Assembly: GCA_964016885.1 (NCBI GenBank)
Contig: OZ024758.1
Span: 744,001-808,000, forward strand
Length of the DNA stretch: 64,000 bases
Origin: Eledone cirrhosa
Lineage: Eukaryota
Direction: 5' to 3'
The notes under the pieces were generated by a model. That model searched no databases and was not told the DNA's origin. It saw only the letters and a list, made by a program, of their open reading frames with translations. Positions 62,628 to 64,000 of the stretch are shown piece after piece (positions within the stretch are counted from its first letter, which is position 1; the number at the start of each line of letters is the position of its first letter). A program made the translations under genes and the position numbers.

Positions 62628-63119
62628 GTTTAAGTACGAGTACACATATCTGAATATAAAGGGATCTGTTTCATTTTTATTGTAATAACTATAACGTATT
62701 AAATCACCTTTAACATAGTTCGTGTATTAAATTGATATAAAATATCCCATGAAATAGCTTATACGATAAACGAAATATGTAACAGAAGTCAAACAAAATA
62801 AAATAAAAACAACAGAAAACAAAATACTTCAAGAATATAGCAAAACAGAAAAGATGATTAAAACAAGAAGCGTGCTATAAATGTATTTCATGTGTCAGTG
62901 TCTACCGGAGCAAAACTTATTAATTGAATAGTTAATAGGCAACATTTTTCTTATAATAAAAAATCAATAGTAAAAATATTTAAGTTGTTTTTCTCTAAAG
63001 AAATAATCAGATATTAAGTGTCAAAATATCTCAATATCTCTGAAGGGCGACGGAACTAAAATATTTCTCGAGAAAACTACGCGAGATTATGATTTATGTG
63101 TAGACCTCAGAACTTCTTA

Positions 63120-63184
<65 letters not shown>

Positions 63185-63201
63185 CATATATATATAGACA
63201 G

Positions 63202-63235
<34 letters not shown>

Positions 63236-63372
63236 CATACATATATGTATATATATATATATATATATGTGTGTATATGTATATATATATATATTATATA
63301 TATCTGTCACTATATATATATGTATACACACACACACATATATATACAGATATGTATATATATATACATTTG

Positions 63373-63404
<32 letters not shown>

Positions 63405-63591
63405 TACATTTGTATATATATTTATATATATATATATATATATAATATATATATATATATATACATACGTATATATATATATATAATGGCCGGAGTAAAT
63501 GATTCAAAGACAAAATATCCAAATATTAATAACTGTGTCAGCTGTTTACAGCTAAAATATGATGGATGGTGTGTCGGCATATTAGGCTGTC

Positions 63592-64000
63592 ACAATGTAA
63601 TGTCTTAACTTTGTGATTAGTAACTCTGTAGTGTCTTAACTTTCACTGTGATTAGTAACTCTGTCGTGTCTAAACTTTCACTGTGATTAGTAACAATGTA
63701 GTGTCTTAACTTTCACTGTGATTTGTAACAATGTAATGTCTTAACTTTCACTGTGATTAGTAACTATGTAATGTCTTAACTTTCACTGTGATTAGTAACA
63801 ATGTAGTGTCTTAACTTTCACTGTGATTTGTAACAATGTAGTGTCTTAACTTTCACTGTGATTAGTAACTATGTAATGTCTTAACTTTCACTGTGATTAG
63901 TAACAATGTAGTGTCTTAACTTTCACTGTGATTAGTAACAATGTAGTGTCTTAACTTTCACTGTGATTAGTAACTATGTAGTGTCTTAACTTTCACTGTG
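63592..64000. repeat. 35-bp tandem repeat GTGTCTTAACTTTCACTGTGATTAGTAACAATGTA, continuing off the window
   Basis: About 11-12 head-to-tail copies with no spacers. Confidence 0.97.

Noticed and set aside
63592-64000. 35-bp repeats resembling a CRISPR array
   Set aside because: Head-to-tail with no unique spacers, no cas genes, eukaryotic context; a minisatellite.

Overview
Eukaryotic, very AT-rich, microsatellite-saturated DNA. The SINE families and (TA)n/(CA)n density suggest a cephalopod (Octopus-like) genome, which is an inference. No intact host protein-coding gene is recognisable, and nearly all ORFs in the track are microsatellite read-throughs. Identifiable content: fragments of Penelope-like retroelements (PLEs; GIY-YIG endonuclease and RT remnants), RTE and CR1/L2-type LINE 3' ends, two tRNA-derived SINE families, a third tRNA-like repeat arranged as inverted pairs, minisatellites, and a candidate minus-strand promoter/first exon near 23.1 kb. 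The main unexplained signal is about 20 complete, partial or variant type I hammerhead-ribozyme motifs from many different sequence families. They sit in short inserts between (TA)n tracts. Several have palindromic stem III, enlarged stem II (31-116 nt) or a mismatched 10.1/11.1 pair. Several lie inside near-perfect 100-390 bp fold-back palindromes that put a hammerhead on both strands. All ribozyme calls come from manual motif and pairing inspection; activity is untested.
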